Positions 35,901-48,300 of a stretch of 64,000 nucleotides of DNA are shown piece by piece. Position 1 is the stretch's first letter. Every line of letters begins with the position of its first letter. The notes under the pieces were generated by a model. The model saw only the letters and a program-made list of their open reading frames with translations, ran no database searches and was not told where the DNA came from. The position numbers and the translations under genes are program-made. Origin of the DNA: Tubiluchus corallicola (Eukaryota > Animalia > Priapulida); assembly GCA_030141605.1 (NCBI GenBank), contig JAQGDQ010000043.1, positions 744,001 to 808,000 of the forward strand, read 5' to 3'.

Positions 35901-38900
35901 ACATGTAAGTAAAAATCGCAGTCTAGCTGGTTTTTAATTATCCAAACTGCGTCAAGTTGTACAGCAATGTACGTCTTTGTGTAAAGTGTGGGCTATAAAA
36001 AAGTCAATATTTGTATACAGTCTTAGGCGCTGATCATTCCCTTCTGTCAATAACATCTGACGTATGAAAACAGCTATACATTGAGTAACAAACTTTTCCT
36101 AATTAACTCGTTTTGGATTCTGAGAGGTAATATCAATTGAACTGTGGCAGAAGCAGTCGATGGTATAATAAAAATAAAACCTAAAGTTTCACTTAAATTT
36201 AAAGTCCCTCTGTCACGCCCGTGTTTCTGTACAGTAAAGACATTGCACCGATTATAGTTTTACATTATTTATTTATTTGTTATTTATTTACAGCAAATTT
36301 AAAAATGTTTTGCTTTCCCTAACCACGCGATCATGCGAAAAGGTCTCACCTACAATACAGGCTGAAAAAATGACAAAGACTCTTATATGCAGTCACTGGG
36401 ACAAGGGACAACATTACCCATATCTATAAATAAATAAAATATGTAACAACTTCTTTCGCCAATGCAGGTGGTCGTGAGGTTCGAATACGGGCCGTAAACA
36501 CCACAGTCTGTTGCCTTACCACTGGGCCACCCGTACAACGGCCCGGCGAACAACCCCTAACGGCCCGGTGAGCAGCTACAGTAATCTACAGTACGCACAA
36601 TAGTGTACACACGTACAATGTGATAACAAATAACCGAAATACACATTTCTGCCTCCCCCGCAAATGACGTCACGAATCACCATGCCACTGGCGTCTATAG
36701 CAGTACCGTAGCCTATATTGTATACAGACACGGGCCATTTATATTTGTCGCGTTTTCACGATTTTTTTTCCTACCGAGGAAAAGTTGAACATAGTGTTAG
36801 CCTACCGTGACTACTACGTATACATTTTAAAACAAGAAAAAACAAATAATATCTCTGAAATCTCAAATTTAATAATAATAATTAATAATGAAACAATTAT
36901 TATAATTATATTTCATTAACGGCATGACTTCATGTACAGTGATTTTATTAAAAAACGCAAGGATGGTTTGACACGTATTTTAATACACGTGATTTCATTC
37001 ACCGTTATAGCGCACCTTCCTAGTTATGGTATTATCATATTATAGCTGGTCAGGTGAGAATACATACATATTCAAGGACTACAAATAATACCCATGCGAA
37101 TACTGTACGTATTGTTGCCCTAGATTTACAGCACACAATCAGTGACAGTCTGCCGACTACAGTAGTATGTCGGCGTGATTTTCCCAATCTGTGACCTTTG
37201 CAGCCGCTGCAGCAATTGTTGTTTCTCAGATCATCGGCGTTTGAAAAGTATTTTTTAACATAAGCAATAAATGCAGCTGACTTAATAAAAAATATTTCAT
37301 GTAAAGGTTTAATGTTTGATAATAAAGATGATTTAGAATTTAAAATTATACAATGATAGTAAATGTTGATCAAACTCCAAATGATCATTGCTGGTACAAA
37401 CATCGCAGGTAGAAACACCTGCATTGATACAACACTAAAAAGTTCAACACACGTGAAAGCAGCTTTGTTTGTTACTACATGACCTAAAGTTCAAATTGTT
37501 ATTATTATTATTACTTGTTAAGGTTCTAGTATCGTAATAAGATAACTAAAGCTATGTCATGTAATTCACAATGTGCAATGTTCTGCTGGTTGTTGCACCC
37601 TTGTCCAATGTTGCAGTGTCCTTGCATAAAAATAAAGGAATAATCAAGGTTTTTTAAGTTTAAGTTTATTTAACTTCAAAATAGCAGACTATCCATACTC
37701 TACATGCTCTAGCATGCTTAACAATGGTTACAATTCTAACATCACATATCAGTAAGATAATAAATTTACATAAAATTATAAAATGGATAAAGTGGGTCCA
37801 TCAAGAAAATAAAAACGTTAAAACAGTGAATTTTCAATTTAGATTAAAACGTCAAAAAAATTTACACCATGAAGCTAAAAGAATTTCAAAGCAGCATGCA
37901 AACAATTATGTGCATAAATGATAACAGATTTAGGTGATTGGCTCATTAGGGTGTGTTCCACGTCTTCATTTAATATGCAGCAAAAGACAAAACAAAAACT
38001 ATATGACGGGCAATAAAAAATAAGTTTTTAAATTAAAACACAACTTGACTTACAAACATGTGTGTAAGACTCAGTACTGCTTTCCAAAGAATTTTTTTAT
38101 GCATTCTGCAATCACAATTTTTCTATGAAAGCCTAACATTATGGCAGAATGAGAACTTAGCTTACAAAATACCAAGGATGATTTTCAAACTTGAGACAAT
38201 GAACTGACAAAGGTTGAGGTCTATGTTCATATAATGTGCCCCCCCCCCTTCTTGAGACATCTTCATTGAACCAGTTTTATTATTATTATGTATTATTATT
38301 ATAACTTCTTTACAGACCTTTATTTAACATACAAAATATACCAGTAATTTACAATATTAACTAAAGAGGTGCAATACCAATATCATATAACAGATAATAT
38401 AGATAAACAGTAGGTCTAATTAGACCATGGAACTGCATGAAATTAAACAATAATTTTCGCATAATATAAGGAAGATATTATTATTATTACTTATATGTCG
38501 ATTTTAGTACATTGACTAATTTTAGGTTGAAAATTACAGCCATGTTATAAAACAGACCCGGGTGTTATTGAAAACTAAATAGGAGTTCACTACAAAATAG
38601 AAGTTCACTTAAAGTGAAGCTGCTAGACTTGGCTGCAGTTAAACTGGAAATGCATATCAGAACCTGATAAATAGTTAAACTAAATACCTGTAGTGGTGGT
38701 AACAACATGTGTAGTTACAATTATATTAATGCCTAATGGTAATAAAAAATACTAACAAGGACTTACAGTAAGAGAGAGCACATGCCTGCCGTTAAAGCGT
38801 GGAACCACGAGACGCAAACGTTTCTCCACTTCCACTGCTCTTCTTTAGTTTTAACAGCCTTTGGTGCATCGATGTAGCTCACAACTCTGTTGACAAGGTG

Positions 38901-39050
38901 GAAAAACAATGCCGACAGTATAATCATATACAAGCCATTTTGTGGCTCCATAAGCGACTTGCCATGTGCTTTAGATCCATCGAGAGTAACATCACTAAGT
39001 GGAATTCCCTCTAAAATAACCTTGTCTCCCATGTGAGCTGGGAACTCCAT
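26914..39050 (-). CDS. TLCD2: TLC (TRAM/LAG1/CLN8) domain membrane protein, TLCD1/TLCD2-like (~347 aa)
   Basis: Exons 39050-38767, 31500-31418, 30382-30300, 28205-27998, 27299-26914 (1044 nt, GT-AG, phases 2/1/0/1). Motifs WKWRNVCVSWFHA, FSTGYFCYDFFD, WEVCIHH, LEVNSIFLHGRK, NMVSFIVFRFG, INCGLFWQLIKGD. Probably co-orthologous to both TLCD1 and TLCD2. Confidence 0.88.
30418..30543. mobile_element. Short dispersed element with internal (CCCTAA)-like repeats and subterminal inverted repeats (Helentron/HINE-like); related copy at 58673-58788
   Basis: aatggaaggagtttacaattc...ccctaatcctaa...taatttctt...gaatgtaaactttagtca is shared with the 58673 copy. agtttacaattcc / ggaatgtaaact form an inverted pair. 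Confidence 0.6.
32220..36000 (-). other. Heavily decayed coding-like insert in TLCD intron 1, unclassified (probable transposon relic)
   Basis: Higher GC than typical intron, several minus-strand ORF remnants (32771-32995, 34646-35095, 35381-35578) with many stops; no family motif recognised securely. Confidence 0.3.
36265..36532 (-). mobile_element. tRNA-derived SINE with (TAAA)n tail
   Basis: Minus strand gggTGGCCCAGTGGtaagg (A box) ... gtaTTCGAACC (B-box-like), ending taaataaataacaaataaataaataa. Confidence 0.65.
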
Positions 39051-39375
39051 TGTGGGAGTAAAAACGGTCAATTATGAAGTAAACCTAAAACTCCACACCT
39101 AACTATACTCTTAGCCTGCTGTACGGCTACATGTGATTTCTCAAGTCCCGGATTATTGGCTGATCATCATTGAGAACGCCACTGCCCTCTATGGGGGAAA
39201 ACATACTTAGAGGGCAGCACTGTGCAGTTTTCTCACCACTGTTGAAAGTGTTAAACACGTGGTATAACCAAGAGTTAGAATATTGTCAGTAATTGTGTGT
39301 GTTGTGTATAAGTTGTTCATTGTTTACGATTGTTGTACAAAAATTTACCGTTTGTAGACTGGTTATTTTGCTGTT
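39051..39375. promoter_or_regulatory. Bidirectional promoter between TLCD and FTSJ3 (325 bp between start codons)
   Basis: Divergent ATGs at 39050 and 39376. Contains ATTGG (CCAAT) at ~39155, CACGTG at ~39256 and an inverted pair ctgccctcta (39182-39191) / tagagggcag (39208-39217). Confidence 0.8.
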
Positions 39376-42300
39376 ATGGGAAAGAAACTCAAAACTGGGA
39401 AAACCAGAAAAGACAAATTTTACAAGTTAGCTAAGGAAACAGGTAGGCTTACTGGTTCCATACAACGTTGTACGTTGTTGTTAAGAATGTTAACTAATAA
39501 ATAGACCCAAGAAATTGATAAAAATATGCTGAGTTGACAATTGACTCACAAGGTAGGATTTAGTTGATGTTGTAACTTGATAAAATTTTGCTTTTTTCAG
39601 GATATCGCTCAAGAGCTGCATTTAAGCTCATTCAGTTGAATCGCAAGTTTGAGTTTCTACAGAGATGCACAGTGTTGGTGGATCTTTGTGCAGCACCGGG
39701 TGGCTGGTTGCAAGTAGCATCGAAATTCATGCCAGTTTCAAGTCAGATTATTGGTAAAAGGCTGATATTTAGATATCAGATTTTCCATCACTGAAAGACT
39801 TTTGAAATAATTGGCCTCGATAAGAGGTTTTAAAATTTTAAATACAGAGTATGGTTTTCTTACAGTTTTTGTTTACGAGAAATTTGATGGTTTCCCACAA
39901 TATACACAAAACAGAAAGCACTGATTAGTTGTTAAAAAAACCTCTTGGTAGCTGATTAGAAAAATTTGCCCAAAATACCATCAAGTCTGACTTACAATTT
40001 TTCCTTTTCCAGTGCCGTATTCTGTATCAACTGCCATAATTAAAATAACTTAGAGCATTAGGGGAAGACATGGGAGGTCCTGGATTTTATTAATTCTTTT
40101 CACACCTTTTAATGTCTACCTGCTTTACCTTACATTACATGTAGACATGTCAACTTAAAAAAATTGCACTGTTGGCCCCATGTGCAATAAAAAATACTTC
40201 TCTGGGCTGTGCTGTAGCTGCTGCTCTAGTTGGTTAGGTGTGCTTTCTGTTTACATTACAAAAATGAACCTGACCTTGCTGAGCAGATCTTCAACCACCA
40301 CATATGGGAAATAGTCACAGAAAGTCCAGTACCTGTAATAGTTTTTTCTGGCTATGTGACTTTACAGTTATTATTAGATCCGAATTTAATTGAAAAGTCC
40401 GCAATAGGTAAAATATTTTCTGTCTAATGTAAACTGGTTTTTAGTTAAGTGCATAAAGTAAGAAGTTGACTTTGAACCTAATTTTGCAAAGTTTTTACAA
40501 AATTAAGCTGCTGGTAAGAATAATAAATTTATATTTTTCAATTTTATTCTTCCTTTGAACTGTACATGCATAATCATAATTGTTTCTACCTTTGTTGGCC
40601 TTGTGCAGACATTTTTATTTTATTTAAGAACATTTATAAAAATACACTTTCATAAAAGAAGATGGCAGCAGGTATGTAGCACTTATGCTGGCCATAAAAC
40701 AATATCGGTGTTATTCAGAGTTAATATATTGCTGACTAGTCTGTGTAGTTATATTACCGATTTAACTATAACCATTGTGATAGTGATAATTGTATGCCTG
40801 TCATTCATTGTAATTGTAAGCATCTATTTGTTTTTTAGGTGTTGATCTTGTGCCGATAAAGCCTGTACGTAATGTGATAACTCTACAAAATGATATCACA
40901 ACTGAGAAATGTAGGCAAGAACTTAGAAAGCAATTGCATACTGCTAAAGCTGACATTTTTCTCAACGATGGGGCACCTAATGTTGGAATGAATTGGGTGC
41001 AAGATGCATATTCACAGTGTAAACTATAGTTTTGCTTCCAGATTTATATACTTAATTTGTTGTTAGTATAAATATAAAATAATTACGATATTGTTTTAAG
41101 TCATAATATACTAACAAAACATGAGCATTACTTTGATTGACTAGTGGTTTCCTGTTTAACAACAACTTTTTTGAAAATAAAGGAATTTTTTTCTACATTT
41201 TTCTCGTTAAACGACTGATGTTTCTTTTTAACGAGAAATTCGTGAATTTAATTTAATCAATGAAATTTTTTTCGCTACATTGGTGCTTTATAAAGAAGCC
41301 ACTACTGAATTTAAAGCTACTGTTTGTTGTACTGGTTCTTAGCAGGCAGTCAGGCACTGGTATACATCTATGGCAGTTAATCAAAAAGCCAATTTTTTCA
41401 TCTGTGAAATAACTTGCCATTTTAAAGTTCTTAACTTATCTATGTTAGCTGTAGAGATGACTCACAACAATTACGTGTTTTAAGTATTAAGTTCTCAGGT
41501 TTACTTTTCCAGTAGTACAACAAAAAAGCAATGCTTGAATTTTTAATCTAATTTATGCTGTTTATTTTTACATTTAGCTTGCTTAACACTATCAGCACTG
41601 AAATTAGCAGCAGAATTTCTGAGGAAGGGTGGCTGGTTTATTTCTAAATGCTTCCGTTCTCAAGACTATCATGCCCTGTTATGGGTGTTTCAACAATTAT
41701 TTAAGAAAGTACATGCGACGAAACCGCAGGCATCTCGACATGAGTCAGCTGAAATTTTCGTTGTTTGCCAAGGTTACAAGGCCCCTGATAAACTAGATCC
41801 AAAATTCCTGGATCCTAAACATGTGTTTAGGTAATTCTTCATTTTTCTTGTACATTTACTGAAATTTTGCATTACTTTACAGTATATTGTTAGTGTACAC
41901 AACCCATGCTTTGAAAGCTAGTCTTGAAATTATTCCAGTAATTAATTTTAGATTGAGGCACTGAGCTTGGCTTTAAAGTTTCCAATGTTTACACTATATA
42001 CCTGGAACAATGTACAATAAAATATTTTAATGCAAGACAGCAGGATATGTTCGTTTATTCATTTAAATCAAATGGGCAAATTCAAAAGATCACTTTTTGT
42101 TCTTTGTGTAGTTTTTTCTTGAGTATTTTCTTGAGACTTGCCATTTTTTTCAAGTTTGACTCGCAGTTTATTATATGTCAGAAGCTCCATCACCCAAAAC
42201 AGTTTTGTGGATTTTATGATATTAACTTAATTCAGGTTTAAAAATGATGAAACTTTGCTTATCACTAGTCCTATTGTTTTATCGAGTTTATCTTTATTTG

Positions 42301-45300
42301 TAGTGAAGTAGAAGGCACAAAGAAAACACTTACACTAAAACAATTAGTTCAGCCAGGAAAGAAGTCTGGTAAGTTAGCAGCTGAAGGATATCCCGAGGGG
42401 GATTACACTTTGTTTCACAAGCGACCAGTTTCAGAATTTTTGCAAACTAGTAGCCACATCGAACTTCTAAGCAATACAACAGAGGTAAGGGTGAATTAGC
42501 CTTTAGTTTCCATTTGTTGAAAATTACAAATTACTGTTTGTGTTAAATGTTGTAGTCTGTATAATCCTCAAAAAAATATCCAGTTTCTTTTTCATATCAT
42601 TCAGTTAGTATTCGATGATGATGTAATTAGAAGTCATCCATTAACAACTCAAGAAATCAGAGAATGTTGCAAAGATCTTAAAGTCCTTGGAAAGCAAGAA
42701 TTACGAGCTTTACTTTCTTGGAGGAAAAAGATACGAACTCAGCTTTATTCCGAAGAATCAAAGGCAGAGAAATCTGGGTATGACCTAATAGTGTTTTTTT
42801 TAAATTGCATTAACAGCGCTAGTTGAATTACAGCAATTTTTGTAGATTTAGGTAACCACTATAAACTCTAGTATTGTGGTGCTTGGAAGCATCCTAGGTT
42901 AGTGCGTCATTAACATAAGATCAATACTTCATTGTTGATTACCTGATTAAGACAATAAAAGATTTTTCCATATTAATTGCCCTAATTGCTGCTTGCAGCA
43001 TATCATTTAACTACAAATCTCTTTACCTCATGTTTACAGAGGAAAAGAAGCTAACGAAGAAGAAGATGAGGATGAGGATGAGGATGCAAAAATTCAGAGA
43101 CAGATAACTAAATTGCACGAAAGTGAAAATAAAGAATTAAAGAGGAAAAGGAAGAAAGTAAGAGAGGAGAAGAAGAAACTTCAGCATAAGATGGACATGA
43201 AGATGATTATACCAAAAGATGTGTCTGAAATGACGGAGGATCTGGACTTATTTAATCTGAAAAATATTAAAACTAAAAAGGTAATTTTAGTTCTCTCACA
43301 AGGGCAGATGTAGTATGCCTCTATTCATGCATCCTTTCGTCCATCTGTAATTCCGTTATTGGCTTTGCGGACATGTTTCAACCCAAACTGTTTGACCCAA
43401 GGCTTTGATCTTTCGCATATTGATTCCATTAACTGAGAAAGGACACGGTCGATTTTCGGGTCCCTAAATCAAAGGTCAGGGTCGACAAGAGCCAATATTT
43501 GAAAAGTTTTATGCACTTAAATTTAAGCTCAAATAATAAATAATTGACCCAAGTCATTCACTTTTGCCATACTGATCACCCATCAATAGATGAAAAATGC
43601 TATTTGCTATTAATTTGGGATCCTAGAGTTACAGGTCAGGGTTACAGGACTGTTTGCTAGATCTTTGATGGACGAAGCCTGTGTAACCCAATGCTATGAC
43701 CTTCTGTTGCTAGAGGATACTCTGCTTTGCAGTGCTCTGCTTTGCAAAGATACATGAAAGAGCACAGAATATGATTGAGCAGTAATATAATATTTTGTCT
43801 ACGTTGCTCATAACCTAGTTCAGACATATCTTAGGCCACAAATAATACTGCTTTGCTTGCATATAGCATCTGTCAAAAGTGACAGAAGGAGACGTAATGT
43901 TAGAAGAAGAAGAAAAAGAAGTTGAGCATGAAGAAATGCCGCCTCGTAAACTTGTGGAGAAGTACAGTCGTTACAGTGATAGCGAAATGGAAGACGACGA
44001 TGGTGAAATGTCACATTCTGAAGATAAAGATTCAGATTTAGATGCTAACAATCTTAAGGGAAGCGATGAAGACTGGTATAAAAGAAGTCATTAAATTTTT
44101 ATTCAGTTATTATCTTTCACAGTTTTTCTTCCATTAATACAGTACTGAATATATTCCTTTTATTATTTATTTTAATGAAATTTTTATTTCTGTAGATTTT
44201 CATTTTGAAATACATTTGTCAATTATTTCAAAAACTATAAATTCAAAATGTGTGTTTTCTAGTACACTATTGAAAAGCTCATTGTGTGCACCACATTACT
44301 ATTTTTACTGCTAGTTTTAGCAAAAAAGTGCTAAGATTTCTTATATTACCTTAGCAGAACACTGCACACACAGTGGCTTAATGAATGCGGTTCAATGTAG
44401 ATTGCAGTATTGTTATTGTCAAATTCTATCAGCTATGCTACTCAAAGTACAGTATAGGTGGACCAGTCATTTCATTTTTGATTATTCATAAAAATTGTTG
44501 TTAAATATTTGATTAAAGCTCAGTTTGTCATTTCACTGCCTGAGGTATGACTAGTGTATTCTCTGATGTTGTTCTTACGACCATTGTCTAACTCGTACTT
44601 TCGTATAACTCGAACAAATTTTCCGTTCCCGAGGTGTTCGAGTTATACATAGTTTACTGTATAAAAGTTTGATTCTGTGCATAATTTCCATGGTCTGTAT
44701 TAATTGTTACTAAAAATTTTAACCTGCTAGTGATGATGATGAGGAACAGAACCCTCTAGTGAGGGAACTAAGTAATGAAACAGCTGCAGAACGGCAAAGG
44801 AGGAAAGCACATCTGTGGTTCAGCAAACCCGTGTTTGATGGTCTTGATGATGACCAGGACTTGAATACAGAGTTACAACAAGCTGCAGATGAATATAAAC
44901 GACGAGGTGGCACCCTCATCGGTAGGATATACTCTAACAATTATAATCCTGGGATACCAAAAAACGTGTAGAAAAGGATAGTTTCAACATTGATGTGTTT
45001 ATTTAGCTTCCATTATTATTTATTTGTACATAAATGTACATTAATACAATACAGTCACACAGTATATTAGTGATATTTACAAATATATTTAGTTACATAT
45101 TTACAATACATTATACACAAAATTGTACAACAGAAAAAGCAAAACACACAAAGTAATTTATTATTATTTATACGTGTCTCACAAGCAGTGGTTTTGAGTA
45201 CTGAGACTACTCGGTACCATTTATATTAATGAAGCCATTTAGGTCATCATTTAAGAAATGAATTCTTGATGATAAATTCTATTTTAATTCATACGATTAT

Positions 45301-48300
45301 AATTTTTGCTGTTGTTGTTATTATCATGTTGCCATGTTATGACTGACGTTTCCCTCATTTTATGTTTTGACACAATTTATTAAAAGTTTTAAACTATAAA
45401 TATATTTTTTCATAGATGGTAAAAAGACCAAGGTAACAGTGATGGGTAAACACAAACACAAAAACAAGTCTAAAGTTGATAGCAAGCCTCAAGCAAACAT
45501 AGACCACCACCTTAGTGAAATTACTGAAACTCATTCTAATGGAAACAAAACTGGCAAAGTTGATGATAGTGACCGTGAAGTAACCAGTAGTGACAGTGAT
45601 TATGATGTTAATACTGCTGTGAAACCCAGTATGTGTAATAAGCAAGTGAACGAGAATTTGTTAAGAAAGAAGTTGAAAAGAAAACCTCAAAATGCCAAAG
45701 ATGGTTTTGAAGTCATTCCAGCATCTGAACCAGGTATTGTAATTTATCTTAGGCCTGTCAGTGTCTAGATTTGCATTTGAATAAAAGTAACTGCACGAGT
45801 CGACATGAAACAATTACAACAATAACAACAGCACATCGAAAGAGTCATTAGCGAAAAGTTCTATTAGGCAATTTCTGGTGTCAGCTAAACTTCCAGCTTC
45901 AGCTTTGCTTTGCTTTTGATTAGAGTAAATTGACTATATTTATTGATTTATTTAACTGCAGTTGCTTTCACTAATTGTAGATTTTTTTTCGAAGTATTGT
46001 TGGTAGTATGAAATAATCCTAGAAAGTACACCGAAGTTTGGTGCTACCTTATTTTTGTTTCAAATTACTATAAACTTTAATATTTATGATTAGTCTTTAT
46101 TATATTAAGCATAATTAAAAATATGCAATATTAAGAGTATGTGCGACTCGGTAAAAAATCCCACAATTAGTAAATAAGGAAAACGAAAGAAAATATGTTT
46201 CAAACTACCACTATAACCCTTATTTTGGTGAACAAAAAAAGATAAAAAGGAGAAAAAAGAGAAATTACTTGAGCTACTGAACTAATTTTTTGCAAATTTT
46301 TTTATTGTTAACACATAAAAAGGATACATAGAAAAAACAGAAAGCATAGTAAATTAGAAACACAAGGAAAAACAAAGTATTAGGTCAATGCCACAGTCAG
46401 ACAGACACAACAGAAACTAAGTGAAAAGTCAAATAGGGAAAGATGGCTTACATACCAGAAAAGTTGTCAAACCAGTTCGGTGGAAGAAAAACCAAGATTC
46501 AGTTCATAAAAGAGCAGGAGACTAAAACTGAATAATGCAGAAGAGTAAAACTGAGTGAGCCGATTAGTCTGATTTCTTTTGTTTTAAGTGAAACATCTTT
46601 AAAGACATCTAATATTGCTTATATTTGAAGAACATTTAATTAGATATAAGTACAATGCTTTGTAGCTGCAAAGGTGCAGGAATTGGATGCAGAAGGTTTG
46701 GCTCTTGGTGCTATGATGATCAGTTCAAAGAAGACTCGACGAGAAATCATAGAATCTGCATACAACAGGTAAAACTTAACATTTCTCAGTCCATTCGTAG
46801 TAATCTTGGGAATACTGCTAGTGTAGAGCCAAGTTTTTTGTAAAACTACTTCAGATCAAGCTACATGTCAAGTCACTGGTATGAGTCGTTTGAAACTTTA
46901 ACTGTTGCAAATTCTTACCACTTCAGTTTAGTAATTGTCTTAAAGGCAATTTGTTAACTCTTATTTATTAAGGTACACGTCTAATGATGATGGTTTGCCA
47001 GACTGGTTTTTTGAAGATGAGGCAAAGCACTGCAGGAAACAAATACCTGTTAGTAAGGTAATTATACCATTTTGTAATGGTGCTATGTAACAGATATAGT
47101 TCATATGTTAATTTTGTACAGGTATATAGCATAAAACATGAATTTTACAGTAACAGGTTGTTAATGAACACAGTAACCACACCCATGAATAAAATGCGTT
47201 AACAACATTGTTAAAACTTGTAGCATACAGCCATTTTTAAAATGATTTCACGAGAAAAATATTTTGTGCCTTAATAACTGGTAAAAAGTTGTGCATTACT
47301 GTTCATAGATGTTCATTAACACACTGTTACTGTAAAATTCGTGTTTTATGCTATATACTTGTACATTATTTATGTTTTCCTGAAGTATATCTGTTACATA
47401 CGACCATTACATCAGCTAAAACTCCTCTTTTAGTTTAGTGTCTTGTATTAGAGCACTGCACTTGATAGCTGGCTGAACGCTGGCCTGGCACAATCATTAA
47501 CATTGCAAATAGGCCTTGCTTTTAAATACTGGACGTCAGCTTGCAGTGTACTAAGGTTCTGTATAAAAGAACACTACATGCACGGTGTTCCCTGAATCAT
47601 AGAACACAAATGGTTCATCCATGGATGAGATGCTATACCGTGCTATACAGACTTATGACCCATGCGACTTATGACTGTTCTACGTTATGAAACAACTCTG
47701 CTTGATTAGTTTAATTAATTGATTATGCAAAACCAACTATAACTAATATTCTTTCTATTTTTTTAAACAAATAAACTTTAAATTGCTGTCTCTTTCGAAA
47801 AATTCATCAGGGGCCGCCATACTTAGGGGCACAGCACTTGAATATAAGTTGAATATCCTGAGTCTGACTTGCATCCAATTCATCTTACGGCCGATCCGCT
47901 CGAACCAATTGTGGTCGTAAGTCGACGATTACCTGTATTATGTTATGCTGTACTCTTTGTGCTTATTTGTTTAGGACAATCCTCTCAGATCACAATGGAC
48001 TCAGAAACCTTAGCTACATTCATGTTTGTATGTGTCCTTCCTCACTAAGCCAGCCGGAAGCAGTTTGACAGATGAAACTGCCCAGAGAAAATTCTGGAAA
48101 CAGTTGCACATTTATTTACTGATCAAGCACAGTGATATGTAACTTCAATTGCTAAGTGCATATTTAACAACAGCCATTTCCCGCGACAACTGCTTTAAAA
48201 CTACAAATCTTGCATCGATTTCTTGTAGCCTTACAATTGATAAACGTGTTTATTTTAGGATCTTGTAAATGAGTACAAGGAAAGACTGAAAGAAATTAAT

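Noticed and set aside
39051-39071. TLCD start at 39071 as given in the ORF track
   Set aside because: That codon is TTG; the first in-frame ATG is at 39050. The track starts at 14401 and 55608 are likewise GTG.
42243-42300. Box C/D snoRNA beginning ATGATGA in FTSJ3 intron 4
   Set aside because: No CTGA D box before the next exon and no terminal stem.
43720-43830. H/ACA RNA at the end of FTSJ3 intron 7
   Set aside because: An AGAATA box and two hairpins exist, but the stems are short, lack clear pockets and adjoin a repeat.
47412-47652. Telomerase RNA or U17/snR30 identity for the H/ACA candidate
   Set aside because: No CTAACCCT-type template upstream and no m1/m2 motifs in the 3' hairpin.
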